A stretch of 64,000 bases of DNA from Azolla caroliniana. Lineage: Eukaryota > Plantae > Polypodiophyta. Made by a program: the position numbers and the translations under genes. Below the pieces are notes generated by a model. That model worked only from the letters and a program-made list of their open reading frames with translations. It was not told the origin of the DNA and ran no database searches. Positions 12,301 through 23,891 of this stretch are shown in pieces (positions within the stretch are counted from its first letter, which is position 1; each line of letters opens with the position of its first letter). The stretch covers positions 19,778,001 through 19,842,000 of the forward strand of contig JBHGNT010000014.1 of the NCBI GenBank assembly GCA_043228905.1. Reading direction: 5' to 3'.

Positions 12301-15300
12301 TATTCATTCATATGCCTGTGTTTTCCAACTTGTAATTGCCTTCCCTATGTATGGATAGATTATGGTTGCAACAGTGCGTTGTGAAGAGATAGCAAATGAG
12401 AAACTGAAGGAACTGGCTGAAAATGAGGTAGCTGCCAAGCTTCAATTTTTAACTTTAGATATTTCCTTATAATAGATTATAAGTACATGTTCTAAAGGAT
12501 CAACTCATTATTGGCTTATTTGATTTCCATGCAAAAATCTCCAAAGGAATGGAAGACACTAGAAGAAGATTCGTTAGCTGGTATTGTTCCAGGATTTGGC
12601 AAGAAGCTAAACAACATACTCGGTCAAAATCTTGCGAGGTATGAATTGTTTTCCGCATTAGGGAGGCCAATGACTTATCTGCGGATATGTGATGACTTTA
12701 TACGTTGGATTCATAAGAAGTAGGATTGGATGCTACTTTTTGACTGATGTATTTTGGACTGTCCATGGGAAGTGGCTCTTTGACTAATGAATGGACTGTA
12801 TCTTTAACCAAGTGGGGCTAGATGTTATGAGATAAAATAATTTGTCTTATCATCATCATTTGTTCATGACTATTTATCTTTTCTGTCATTGTCTCTATCT
12901 GGAACTAATTTTTATGCCACATGGTTAGGATGTTCATGACATACTCTCAATGCTACGTTGAGGAGTAGAACATAAAAAGATTATGATGGAGTCTATATGC
13001 CGATATATTCTTGTTCTCCATGTTTAATTGTGATTTAGTGATCCTGGAGGTCTTTGCTTCCTAAGAGGTGTACTGATGCTTGGGCGACTTGGAGCTCCTT
13101 GTGTATGTCTTGGATGATCTGTTACAAATCATCAACATGTCAAGTGACTTCCATGTTGGGGAGAATGATGGTATTAGAGAAGGAAGATGCTAGTGGGATA
13201 GAAACATATAATCTTTAATCTACTCACAACACGTGAATACTCTTTACTGTCTGTTTATACGATGTGCACTATTTCACTAAATTTATCTTAAAACAGTCAG
13301 GTTTTACTAGCGAAATAGTTAAGCAAACTCAGTGAGAGATGATATTATTGAACACTCATGGTTCTGAGTTGTATATATCCTGAATTTTCATGTATATTTG
13401 GAAAAAGGTATGATGCTGAAGCAACCTTCTTCGATGAAGGTGTGAGGGAAGCAAAGCGTGCAATACTTCTCAGTAAAGCTTTAGAGGTAAGATTTTGCAT
13501 TATTTTGCACTGATTGATACGGGAGAATAATGCACTGTTATATGATAAGGGCTGAGCATCAAGAATGAAAAGTTACCTTGCAAAACATGGCTTATATCTT
13601 GTTCTTTTAGTAAGACACCAGTAGATGCTAATGTCTTAAACTAATTTCCATATGCCATACTATGGCTAGTAATGTGGTTATATATCCCAACCGTGGATAA
13701 TTGTACATCAAACTACAAACTGTGAAATGTTGTCCATGTAATCTATCGATATCCATCTTTATCTGCAGCCAAAAATGATCTGATTGAGGCATAGCTGAGT
13801 AATTATTATGCCACAAAGGTTGTCGATGACTAGATATATTTTTATCCTATGAAAATGCTTCCGAAATCCATGAGGATTAAAGGGACGACTCTATGAAGAG
13901 GTGCATCATGGTATCATAAGATGATTTGATTGAGTAATACAAACTCAATGCCTTAGCCCATATATTGGACTTCCTTTCTTAATATGTATATATGAACTCT
14001 TGCTACTCAGTATGCTCTTTATTGGTATCTGAAGTAGATCAAGTATCTCCCCGTGTTGGAGAAGTTCTGTAGAAAGCAGTTATAAACAACTATTGAACCA
14101 TAGAATCTCTCTGTTCATGCGGTTGTGTTCTGGAGAGTACAGGAGTGTACACCAGCTGACGTGACTAATCAGCTAATGTGAAAGAAAGTGGACATCGTGG
14201 AATCATTATTTGTTTTTTCGTAATAATCAGCTTCATTTTATCACATAACACAGTTGTTCTGTTACATGCTCTACCAATCTGATCATAACTCTTGATTCAA
14301 CTGTAGATGGTGTACCCTGCATATCAAGCTATGATATCACATCACAGATTGAAGGCATTTGATAAGTTGAAGAAAGATCTTGAACTTCCGTCTTCCATTG
14401 AAGAAGGATTTGCCATTAAAGCTTCACGCTGTGCTGAAGCATGCTTATCTGAGTTTGATCATGGGTGTGAAGGTATCAAATCCATTTTACTTGCAATATT
14501 TGAAGAGAGACCAGACACTACTCCAATGATATGATGTGGTAAATTATTATTGTTTATTTTGGTGGTTGTATAGATTGTTTTGTTAAGATCTCTAGATGGG
14601 ATTCTACTAAAGCTCGAGAGAAACTTCGGCGAGAGATAGAAACTCACACAACTGCAGTACGGACAGAAAAGCTTGCTGAAATTGTCACTAGTTACGAGGT
14701 TTGCTTCCTTTTTCCTGAGCAATTTTTTTTTGTAGTTCATGAAAGTGGGTAAATTCACATCTATTTTTCGTTATCAGGATTTTAATCAGTCCATCAAAGA
14801 TGAGAATTTCATATTGGTTTTTGCTTAAGATAGTCCATGGAAGGTGTAGGTTATTAATTGAGCATATTCTGCAACTTTTAATTGTAGCCACGAAATTGTA
14901 ATTGGTTACGAATTTCACTTCATTGTTCCTGAGATTTTTATTCTAGTCCATGAAAGACAGTAAATTCACATGTATTTTTCCTTGACAAACTTTTAATGAG
15001 TTTGTGAAAGATGGAAATTTAACATTTGTTTTTGCATAAGATAGTTCATGAATGATGAGGACTATTCATTGAGCATCTTCTGCAGCTTTTAATTGTAGAC
15101 CATGGAAAGATGGAAAATTTCACATGTGTTTTTCCTCAGCAAGCTTTTAGTTTAGTAGTACATCAGAAGTTGAACTTTCCGATTTGTTTTTGTTATCAAG
15201 GTTTTTATTTAGTCTCATAAAAGATGGGAAAATCACTTTTCACACGTGTTTTTTCTCAGCAAGCTTTTAATTTAATAGTCCATGAGAAGTTGAACTGTCA

Positions 15301-17683
15301 CATTTGTTTTTGTTATCAATGTTTCTATTTAGTCGCATAAAAGATGGCAAAATCACTTTTCACATGTGTTTTTCCTCAGCAAGATTTTAATTTAATAGTT
15401 CATGAGAAGTTGAACTTTCACATTTGTTTTTGTTATCAAGGTTTTTAATTGGTCGCATAAAAGATGGGAAAATCACTATTGTTTTTCCTTAGCAAAGCAA
15501 GCTTATTGCTTATAGATATTTTTTTGGCATTCTTATGCAGAAACGTCTTGAGAAAGCTCTTGCGGAACCCACTGCAGCCTTATTGGATGCTGCTACACCT
15601 GACACTTGGGTTGCCATAAAGAAACTGTTGATACAAGAAACTCAAACTGTGAAAACAGGCCTTTTAAATGCTGTTTTTGGCTTTGAGATGGATACAGATG
15701 AAAAGGAGTCCATGATCTCAAATTTATGTGAAACTGGAAAACGAGTGATTGAAAAGAAAGCAAGCGAAGAAGCAAACCAAGCTTTGATCAGAATGAAGGA
15801 AAGGTAAAGATGGACTTTCTTCTATGCAAAGAAATTGGTACACAACCTTTTGCCTCTTTATGCTGATATATGAATGAACAGATTCACGACAGTTTTTAGT
15901 CATGGACCTGACTCTATGCCGAGGGTTTGGACTGGTAATGAGGATATGAAGGCTATTATTCATGATGCGCGCATGTCGGTAATGCCCTTTATGGCGGCTT
16001 GAATTGATTAAATTCTGGTTCATTTTCTTCCCTAAGAAAGAGAGGAGACAATGGTCAATTGACACCCTGTACATTGCAGGCCATAAAGCTTCTCTCAGTT
16101 CTCTCAGCCTTACGGCTTGAGGACAAGAGAAAGGACAATATTGAAACTGCTCTTTTGTCCTTGTTAACCGATTCAAGTGATTCTGCTTCTCAAGTTGGTA
16201 GTCTGGAGAGAAGCCTTGCTAACATGTCAGGATCAAGTGCCCTTGCATCAAGCACATGGGAGGGGGTATATCCATATCTATCTATCTATATAGATGTATG
16301 AATGCGTGAATGTATGTATATAGTTGTGTATGCATGCGTCTTTCTATATCTATACATATCATAATAACAATCAGAGTATTCAGGTTTGAGTTTATGGACA
16401 AGATTCATAAAGCTATGGGTATCTTTTCAGATACCAGAAGCTGAAACACTTATCACACCAGTACAATGCCGAGGTTTATGGAGGCAGTTTAACAGAGAGA
16501 TAGAGTACACCATAACTCAAGCAATCGCAGCCCAGGTTAAACATTGGATAGTCTTTTGTGCATTTTAGTTACAATGTTAAACTTTGTCCTGGTGTTTCTC
16601 AGGAAGCTAGCAAGCGTGGTTCTTCATGGTTGCCACCACCATGGGCCATTGTTGCAATGGTCTTTCTTGGATTCAATGAATTTATGATGCTTTTGAGGTT
16701 CACTTTTTGAAACTTTCTTTGATGTCAATGCTATGCATGTAGCAGCTCTGCTGTTGATGGATACCATTAAACATGATTAGTTTTCTTCTCAGGAATCCAT
16801 TGTATCTTGTGATACTGTTCGTGCTTTTTTTGCTTGGGAGAGCTGTGTGGGTGCAACTTGACATTGAAAGAGAATTCCAACATGGGCTTGTAAGTGTGAC
16901 ACACAGTCAAATGTTTTGTAGGAAATTGATCTAAATACCACGTTTTGTTCTTTACCAAATTTCCCAAAATACTGTCAAAAATTTCTCTGCAATTAATTTC
17001 AGTGCACTGTAAGGTAAGAGGGAAATTGCAGAGTTAGAGATGATGATGATCATGGCATTTAATCTTTGTGCACTGTAACGCTCCAACGTCTTGGAGGGTC
17101 CAGAAACATTACCCAATGGAACTAAGAGGGATACAATGGGAATTACATGAACAATGATGAATGGACATTTTGGGAAATTTGAGAATATTTGTTAGTATTC
17201 TTCAAATTATTTTTATTTCGAGAAAAATAAGGGATGTTTTGTGAACATGTTTAAAATTGATGCAATCTCCTGATCGAATTGATATTTTTCTTGTGTTTCC
17301 CAAAATGGCACTGTATGGTGCACTGTTAAAGTGAAGGGACTGAACCACTTGGCCGAAATGCAGCTTTTGCTGTTTTAAAAAACTAACAACTATTTTGTTT
17401 TGTTCAGTTGTCTGGGGCAATATCAGTATCGGCAAAGTTGCTCCCTACACTGATGAATTTCTTGAAGAGGCTCGCTGAGGAAGGGCAACAAGTGGCTAAT
17501 AATCATCAAAGCTTCAGCAACAGCAGCAACACCAGTGTTGGCTCGAGCAATTATAGCCGACAAAATCGTAGTGAAGTTGAAATGGCATCTTTTCCAAATG
17601 TGGAGGAAAATTCATCTCAAAATGGAGAGAATACCAGAGAGAGCTCCTTGAAGTATCGGAAACCCTCTAAGGTTCCGTCTTGA
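9386..17683 (+). CDS. RHD3: ROOT HAIR DEFECTIVE 3 / Sey1 atlastin-like ER-fusion GTPase, more than 20 exons
   Basis: Spliced exons give [14 protein letters not shown]|[22 protein letters not shown]|[21 protein letters not shown]|[57 protein letters not shown] and [29 protein letters not shown] at 9386, TGA at 17681-17683. Confidence 0.97.
12082..12150 (+). pseudogene. Duplicated, frameshifted pseudo-exon of RHD3 exon 12359-12427
   Basis: Near-identical to the functional exon ([23 protein letters not shown]) with the same upstream acceptor context. It has a 1-bp deletion giving TGA and has lost the original donor. Confidence 0.9.
14700..15490. repeat. Intronic tandem repeat, about 120-bp units built from about 60-bp subunits
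   Basis: Three clear units start at about 15121, 15242 and 15361, with more diverged units upstream. Confidence 0.88.
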
Positions 17684-19574
17684 GAACAATAAACTACTTG
17701 TAATATATCTTGCCAGGCTATAATTTTTCGCTTCTCTTGAGTAATTAACACTACTATCCTTGGAGAACATGGCATCTTTTTCCAGCAAGAGTTTTTACTC
17801 AAAAGAGGTAGCAAAAATATTATATATAAAAATTTAAGGCACCTGTAGCTCACGATACAACTTGCTGAAGGTATCTACGTGCCTGAGCTTTTACCGTTGA
17901 GGTAGGAATTATTTATTTAGTTTATAACTAAATTAATTTTAGTTTTGGGTGCTATAACCGATGTATGAAGAGAAAGGAGATTGACACAAATTTTGGTGGT
18001 ACATGTGGGATTTGGCCTGAAATACCCCATGGAAGATCATTGTTTTTTCTTTGGTTTGGAATGCAATTTTACATACCTAGGTGATTGGTTTTGTTCCAGA
18101 AGACCTTTCAACTAATGCTACCTTCTCTTTCTGGATGTTTGTAGTATTGGTTGGGTTAAGTCTCAGGGGGGCAGCCTGATTCAAGATGTTGAATTTTGTT
18201 GGTGGGGATGCATTTTATTTAGAATTTGACAGTATGAGTTAATTTGAGCCACATCGTCTATGTGAGGCAAGGCCAAGTTATGTAAAAATGCCAACAATAC
18301 ATACAATATCAGTCTTGTAAGGTGTGGTGCCGAATAAGGAACTTTATGGTTTTTTCTGTCATGGCATATATATTGGCTCTGATAACATAATTCTTTGATA
18401 TTATTCTATTATAAAAGCATGTTTCCTGGACTATATATGTTTTTTCTGGCACATGCCATAGAAGGATATTGTTTCAGTGCTCTTCTCCAAATAAAATATA
18501 GCTCTTATCCTGTGCCTTGATTATTATTTCCGCATTCTTTCTGTTATTTGAAACTGGTGATTGCAATGGAAAAGTTGGGAAAAGTTATGTGTACTACATT
18601 CACCTTTCGCCTATATATTTTGTTTCTAAAATGCATGTTTGCTAATTGACTAATGTTTAGAAATCGTAAATTTTGGATGGTGACTTTTGCAATCCTATGC
18701 ACATGTAGTCGATCAGTAAGTCGTAGTAAAAGCTCCATCAATCTTTAACTCATTTACCTCTAGAAAACAATGTTTGCCTAGTGATCACAAGGCAGTGTGT
18801 AAGTTTGGATCCCAGGTAAATGTTATGGCTTTTGGTTTTTGCTAAGTACATTTCTCAATTGAATGTATCAGGTCAGGCTTGTCTCCTTTGTGTGCTCATG
18901 TCATTGTTGGGAATGTGTTTTTCTTTCCGTAGTTGAGCCTCAATGGACACCAAATGTTACATTCAGTTCTATTAGATGCATGCATACACTTACATACATG
19001 TGGACAACACCAATTGGTAAACAAGTTTAATGAGTACCTCTGATTTGCGGAAATGAATTATTTATTTACCTTGAGAAACAATTGTGGTACTACCTAGTAC
19101 CTATAACAATAGTTTGGTGTTGGCAAGTGACGGGACATATGCATGAAAGGGATGATGTCATGGTATTCTTTTCCTAGATCTCAATGTCTTTTCGTGAAAG
19201 GACCACAAGCATATGTGTTTTTTTTTTAATGAAATGGAGAAAACCGAATGATGTGACCTTTCTTTTGGGTTGGTTAACTTTCTATTTCACTCGGGTTGTG
19301 ACAACGAATGAGGGATAAAGCAATTCGAGTAATTAAGCTCTCTTTTGTTTTTTTTATCTAGGGGGTGAAGATATTGGGAAAACTATGGAGAGTGGGGGGA
19401 AGGCATGGAAAAATGGTACAAAGTATGTATGTACTTGCAGCTAAGAAGAGACCATTTAACATGGGGCCATTACTAAAGGGAAAAACTTGGACCCGGGAGC
19501 TTTATGCAACTCAAACTTGCGACCTCCTCCTCCTCCTTGGAAAGACTAAAAAAGTCAAGAAAAAGAGCTGTCAA

Positions 19575-19888
19575 TAGGGATTGGCAACGGCTCCACTCAA
19601 GCCTGGACCGAACCGGTTTAGCCAAGCTGATTAAAACTTAAGCGGCTTTGAAATCGGTTCGGTTTAGGCTCGAGCTTCCTTAACTGATTTGATCTCGGTT
19701 TGGGATGGCTCAAGCCGAACCGAAACGATTTGGGCCAAAACCGGTTTCAAAGCCGCTTAAGGTTTAATCAACTTGGCTAAACCGGTTCGGTCCAGGTTTG
19801 GAAACTCCCAAACCGGTTTAGGCTTACCCGGTTTGGTTTGAACAAGGCCAGCCAGGTTAAGACGAAACCGAGCCCTTGCCGGTTCCTA
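19575..19888. mobile_element. hAT-like MITE with internal long inverted repeat
   Basis: Ends are TAGGGATTGGCAA ... TTGCCGGTTCCTA. Internal arms at about 19603-19659 and 19739-19797 are reverse complements. AAACCG-rich; the 8-bp TSD is only partial (gctgtcaa/gctatgag). Confidence 0.7.
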
Positions 19889-19949
19889 GCTATGAGGAGG
19901 AGGAAAAACTGGTGAGAGAGAGAAAGAGAGAGAGAGAGAGAGTGTGTGT

Positions 19950-20220
19950 CACGTGTGTAACGCCCATGGATGCATGGATGCTAAATTTCGTGGGGGCGGG
20001 TGGGCATGACGTCATGGCCATGTACAGGGCTTCGTCTGCTGTGGACGGATCCGGCGGTGACGTCACGCGGAGGGTGGGATGACGTCCCCCCACCCCTTTC
20101 ATATTAAATGAGGCCGTTGTGAGGTGAAACCGGACACAGAGAGAGAGACACAGAGAGAGAGAGAGAGAGAGAGAGAGGTGAATGGAGGGGTATTTTTTCT
20201 AATTAAATTGAGCGCACGTG
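19950..20220. promoter_or_regulatory. GC-rich island with clustered ACGT-core (C-box/G-box) motifs between GA repeats
   Basis: CACGTG 19950, CATGACGTCATG 20005, GTGACGTCAC 20057, TGACGTC 20080, CACGTG 20215. Confidence 0.45.
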
Positions 20221-20575
20221 CATCTATAGAGAGAGAATGGAGGAAACAGAAGCGCGAGAGAGCGCCTTAGAGGAAGGAGGGAGGGGCATTCCGGTAATTT
20301 TGAGAAAGAGTTAGTTGAATTGGTTCGTGTGGGGGAGGTGAGAGACTCTAGAGAGAGAGAGAGAGAGTAGTGTGTGTGTGGGGTTGGGGGGGCAATTCTG
20401 TAATTTCAGGAAACATGACGGACGTGTGAGATCTCTTATTTATTTCGCTTGGGACCATTTTATAGTAAAGAGAGAGAGAGAGAGGTGACCATAGAGCTCT
20501 ATTGTGACACCCATTGTAAGTAGTGTTTTTCACACACATTTATTAATATAATTGTGTGTTTTCACCCAAAAAAGG

Positions 20576-20625
<50 letters not shown>

Positions 20626-20757
20626 TTCTTTGTTGGGTTTAATTGTAATAGGAAAATAAAGTCAATTCGTATATGTACATACTCGACATGTGCTGTTAGG
20701 TTGGGTTGTGTGTTGTGTGTGTACCTCCACGAGTTTTCGTTAATGTCATAAAGTTCC

Positions 20758-20792
<35 letters not shown>

Positions 20793-22324
20793 TAAAGTCC
20801 CGAACCCGACTCTCTTCTATTCATATCTCTTGTAAAAGTCCAACCCCATTCATTGTACCGAAACCATTAGGTAGATCCAAGTTGTTTTGATTTGTTCCCG
20901 TCCCCTAGTCCCCAAGTAGGCCAATCCGTCGGTCTATCAACCGTGCATTCAACTTTGCTTCATGAAAGTAAAATTGAATATAGTAAAAACCCAACCTCCC
21001 TTTTGATTCGGCTTGTCGTCGCCCTGTATTCGTAGATATGTTGTCAACAGAAGCATTGACACGAACATATAGCACCAATGCCTCGTGAAATGCTTGTTTG
21101 CTCATCCTCCAACCTAGTAGATGTACTCCCTGTGCATCATGGAGTATTGCCCATTTGTGAGGGAACATTAATAATATATATGCATTTAGCACGAAACGAT
21201 ATCTTCGAATCCGGAAATATTTCCAACCTTTCAATTCATGTGCTAGAACATTTTTCACGAACATCATAATGTAATGGGTGGTCCTAGTGATATCAATAAT
21301 GCAAAGAAACAATGCCATTATGATCGTGTGATTTAAAAGGTTAGTTTGAGTAGCATGGGATGGGGAGTGACGAGGAACTATTGAGCAATCATATATTTAT
21401 TTTTTGATGTTTTATTGGTGTTCCATCTCTGCTCGACTTGTGTAGGTTGATACTCAAACATACCACCATGCAATACAAGTACAAATATGACACCATTATG
21501 ACGGCTACATATTCCAAGCCAACATAAAGCGATGAAGATGATGTCATGTTATGTCTAATGTGAGGCTCGTGTTGTGGCAAAGCCTTTAATGAATCTTGTC
21601 TTTGTTGATATATCTTTCGTACTTTTATAAGTTTTTACCTCGAGTATGTGCAAAACAAGCTTGACGCTAATAGCACATGGGCACCTCCGATAGTTCAATA
21701 TAATGCCACACCAAAAAAGGTGGCTATGTCACGACACTTTTTTAAAGGGAAAGATAAAATTGACATTGAAGAAAAGTAGCATAAGCATTGGTTCAAAGGA
21801 TATCTTTGCAAAGGTGGGGGGAGCGCCTACACAACTCCATTAAATCGAGCTACCTACTAGTGCTGTTATTATCCAAGCTCAATATTAATGATAGTTCAAT
21901 GATGCAACAACGCTCGATCACCTTTACCTAGAGTTCATACACAACGTCTATGAAACATGTAAAAAATACTTTCAAGGCCCAACAACACATATGTGTGGCT
22001 CCTAATCTAAGAGATCGTGACACTATCAAATGGTTCCTCATTTGCTTCAACAACATGTTTAGGTCCATAGATGGCTATCGATAAAAAGATTGTGTGTTGG
22101 GTGTCTGCACATGAATATTATAACGTGTCCCAATGCTGAAAAGCAATGTAGTTTCCTGAAGGGATAGGTTTGTTCGAGCATAGTATTTACATATAGCTAT
22201 AACTAGGAATCCGATTGAATCAAGTCTAGTTTCGACGAGGGCCGACACAGAGCGTTTGTTCGAAGCACCAAGACTCCCATGGGACATGGCACTATAGAGT
22301 ACACCCATCTGACCGTTCGAGTGC

Positions 22325-22620
22325 ACATAGGACCCCTAGTCGGGCAGATCGCAACCCAAGACTTGGGTGGGGACACGCAGAATCGAGTAACCCGTCCACA
22401 ATGCAACGAGACCCCATGAGACCCCTAGTTAGGCAAATTGTGAACCCAAGCCTTGGGACAGATCGCGAACCCAAGACTTGGGTGGGGACATGTAGAATCG
22501 AGTAACCCTTCCACAGTGCACACGAGACCCCATGAGAACCCCTAGTTAGGCAGATCGCGAACCCAAGACTTGGGGACATGCAAAATCGAGTACCCATACG
22601 AGAGCCCTAGTCGGGTCGAT
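22325..22620. repeat. Imperfect tandem repeat (ccctagt..gcagatcgc.aacccaagacttggg..gacatgcagaatcgagta), about 3 units
   Basis: Repeated blocks visible at about 22334, 22424/22459, 22541 and 22605. Confidence 0.8.
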
Positions 22621-23061
22621 CGTGAATGAAAAGAACTATTCACCACAAAAACATGTTTGTGTATGTGTATAATTCAAGGAGATAAATATATAATGCTATG
22701 TGTAAATCAATGAGATAAGTTATAATAATGTGGTCACATATTACGAAGTCACATACAAACCAACCCTAATTTGGGCCATTTATATAAATAGTCTGTAAAT
22801 AAACTTATAATGAGAATTCCATTGCTATTAATAGGACCATGTATATATAATCATTAAAAAAAAAAAAAAGCAAGCTAAATATACATTTTCAGATGGTAAT
22901 TACAGATGATTTCAATTTTAAATTGAATTGAATTGAATTGAATTAAGTTAACCGATCAGCTAATTAACCAGCCGATGGTTAAAGGGGATAATTACAGATC
23001 TTATTAATTAATCGCACAATTGTTGTTAACCTGGGATAATTAGTACCGATTCTTGGGTGAA

Positions 23062-23541
23062 TTAAGGCTTGAAGAGGGCCTTTATGCAATCCGGGAAGGA
23101 ATCGAGGTCCGGGGGATCCGTGAGGAAATGAATCATTCTCCTCTTATGATCACCAGTCTCGCGCTCGAGAGGATGATTAGCGCTAATCCTCTTCTTACCT
23201 GCCTTCTTCCTCGGCGCAGGGGGGCAAATCAGCACTTTCTTATGAATCATCGCTTTCTTGGGCGTTGCACATAAATCATCATCATCATCGTTAACAGCTG
23301 CATCTGCGATAGTGATCGATAGGCTGTGATTATCACCATCATTAGGGACCTTAATTAGCTCTGCATCCCTTCCGAAGGCGTGATTAGCCTCCTTAATTAC
23401 CAAATCCAGAGGAATTATGACGCTGTTCGAAGAAGAGCTGGTACTGTTATGATCGGAAAGAGGAATCGAACCCGATTTGCGATCCGACCATTCTTGATAA
23501 TCAAGGGTTTCCGATTTCTCTGGGTGATATGGATTTGTCAT
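23062..23541 (-). CDS. SMR: SIAMESE-related (SMR) cyclin-dependent kinase inhibitor, single exon, 159 aa
   Basis: Conserved SMR motifs in order: CATPK, ICPPAPRKK, FLTDPPDLDSF. Confidence 0.88.
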   Translation of the reverse strand: MTNPYHPEKSETLDYQEWSDRKSGSIPLSDHNSTSSSSNSVIIPLDLVIKEANHAFGRDAELIKVPNDGDNHSLSITIADAAVNDDDDDLCATPKKAMIHKKVLICPPAPRKKAGKKRISANHPLERETGDHKRRMIHFLTDPPDLDSFPDCIKALFKP

Positions 23542-23847
23542 AATTAATTAAATGATATATATGAATGGAGCTAGATTTTATGTCGATGTAAGGTGCAGTA
23601 GCTGGGGGTCAGAAGCTAATAAAAAATCATGCTAGAACAGCAGAAAGAAATATGTAGATTATGATGATTATAAGCTTGGGAGATGATATGGTATAATTTG
23701 GGTGATTAGCATAATTGGGGAATTCGTTAGCCATGGATGTTTTTTTTGGTGGGGGGGATAATCACTAATCACTTTCTAAATTATCAATCATGGGGAGGGA
23801 TTAGGCTAATCACTTGCAATTAGCTTAATCAACAATCAATGATTAAA

Positions 23848-23891
<44 letters not shown>

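Noticed and set aside
15121-15480. Regularly spaced repeats superficially like a CRISPR array
   Set aside because: Units repeat in full with no unique spacers, in a eukaryotic intron with no cas genes
20905-21580. 137-aa ORF and neighbours as a gene or Helitron/transposase
   Set aside because: No identifiable motif or splice structure
23053-23274. Antisense ORF over SMR
   Set aside because: Non-ATG start and shadow of the real CDS
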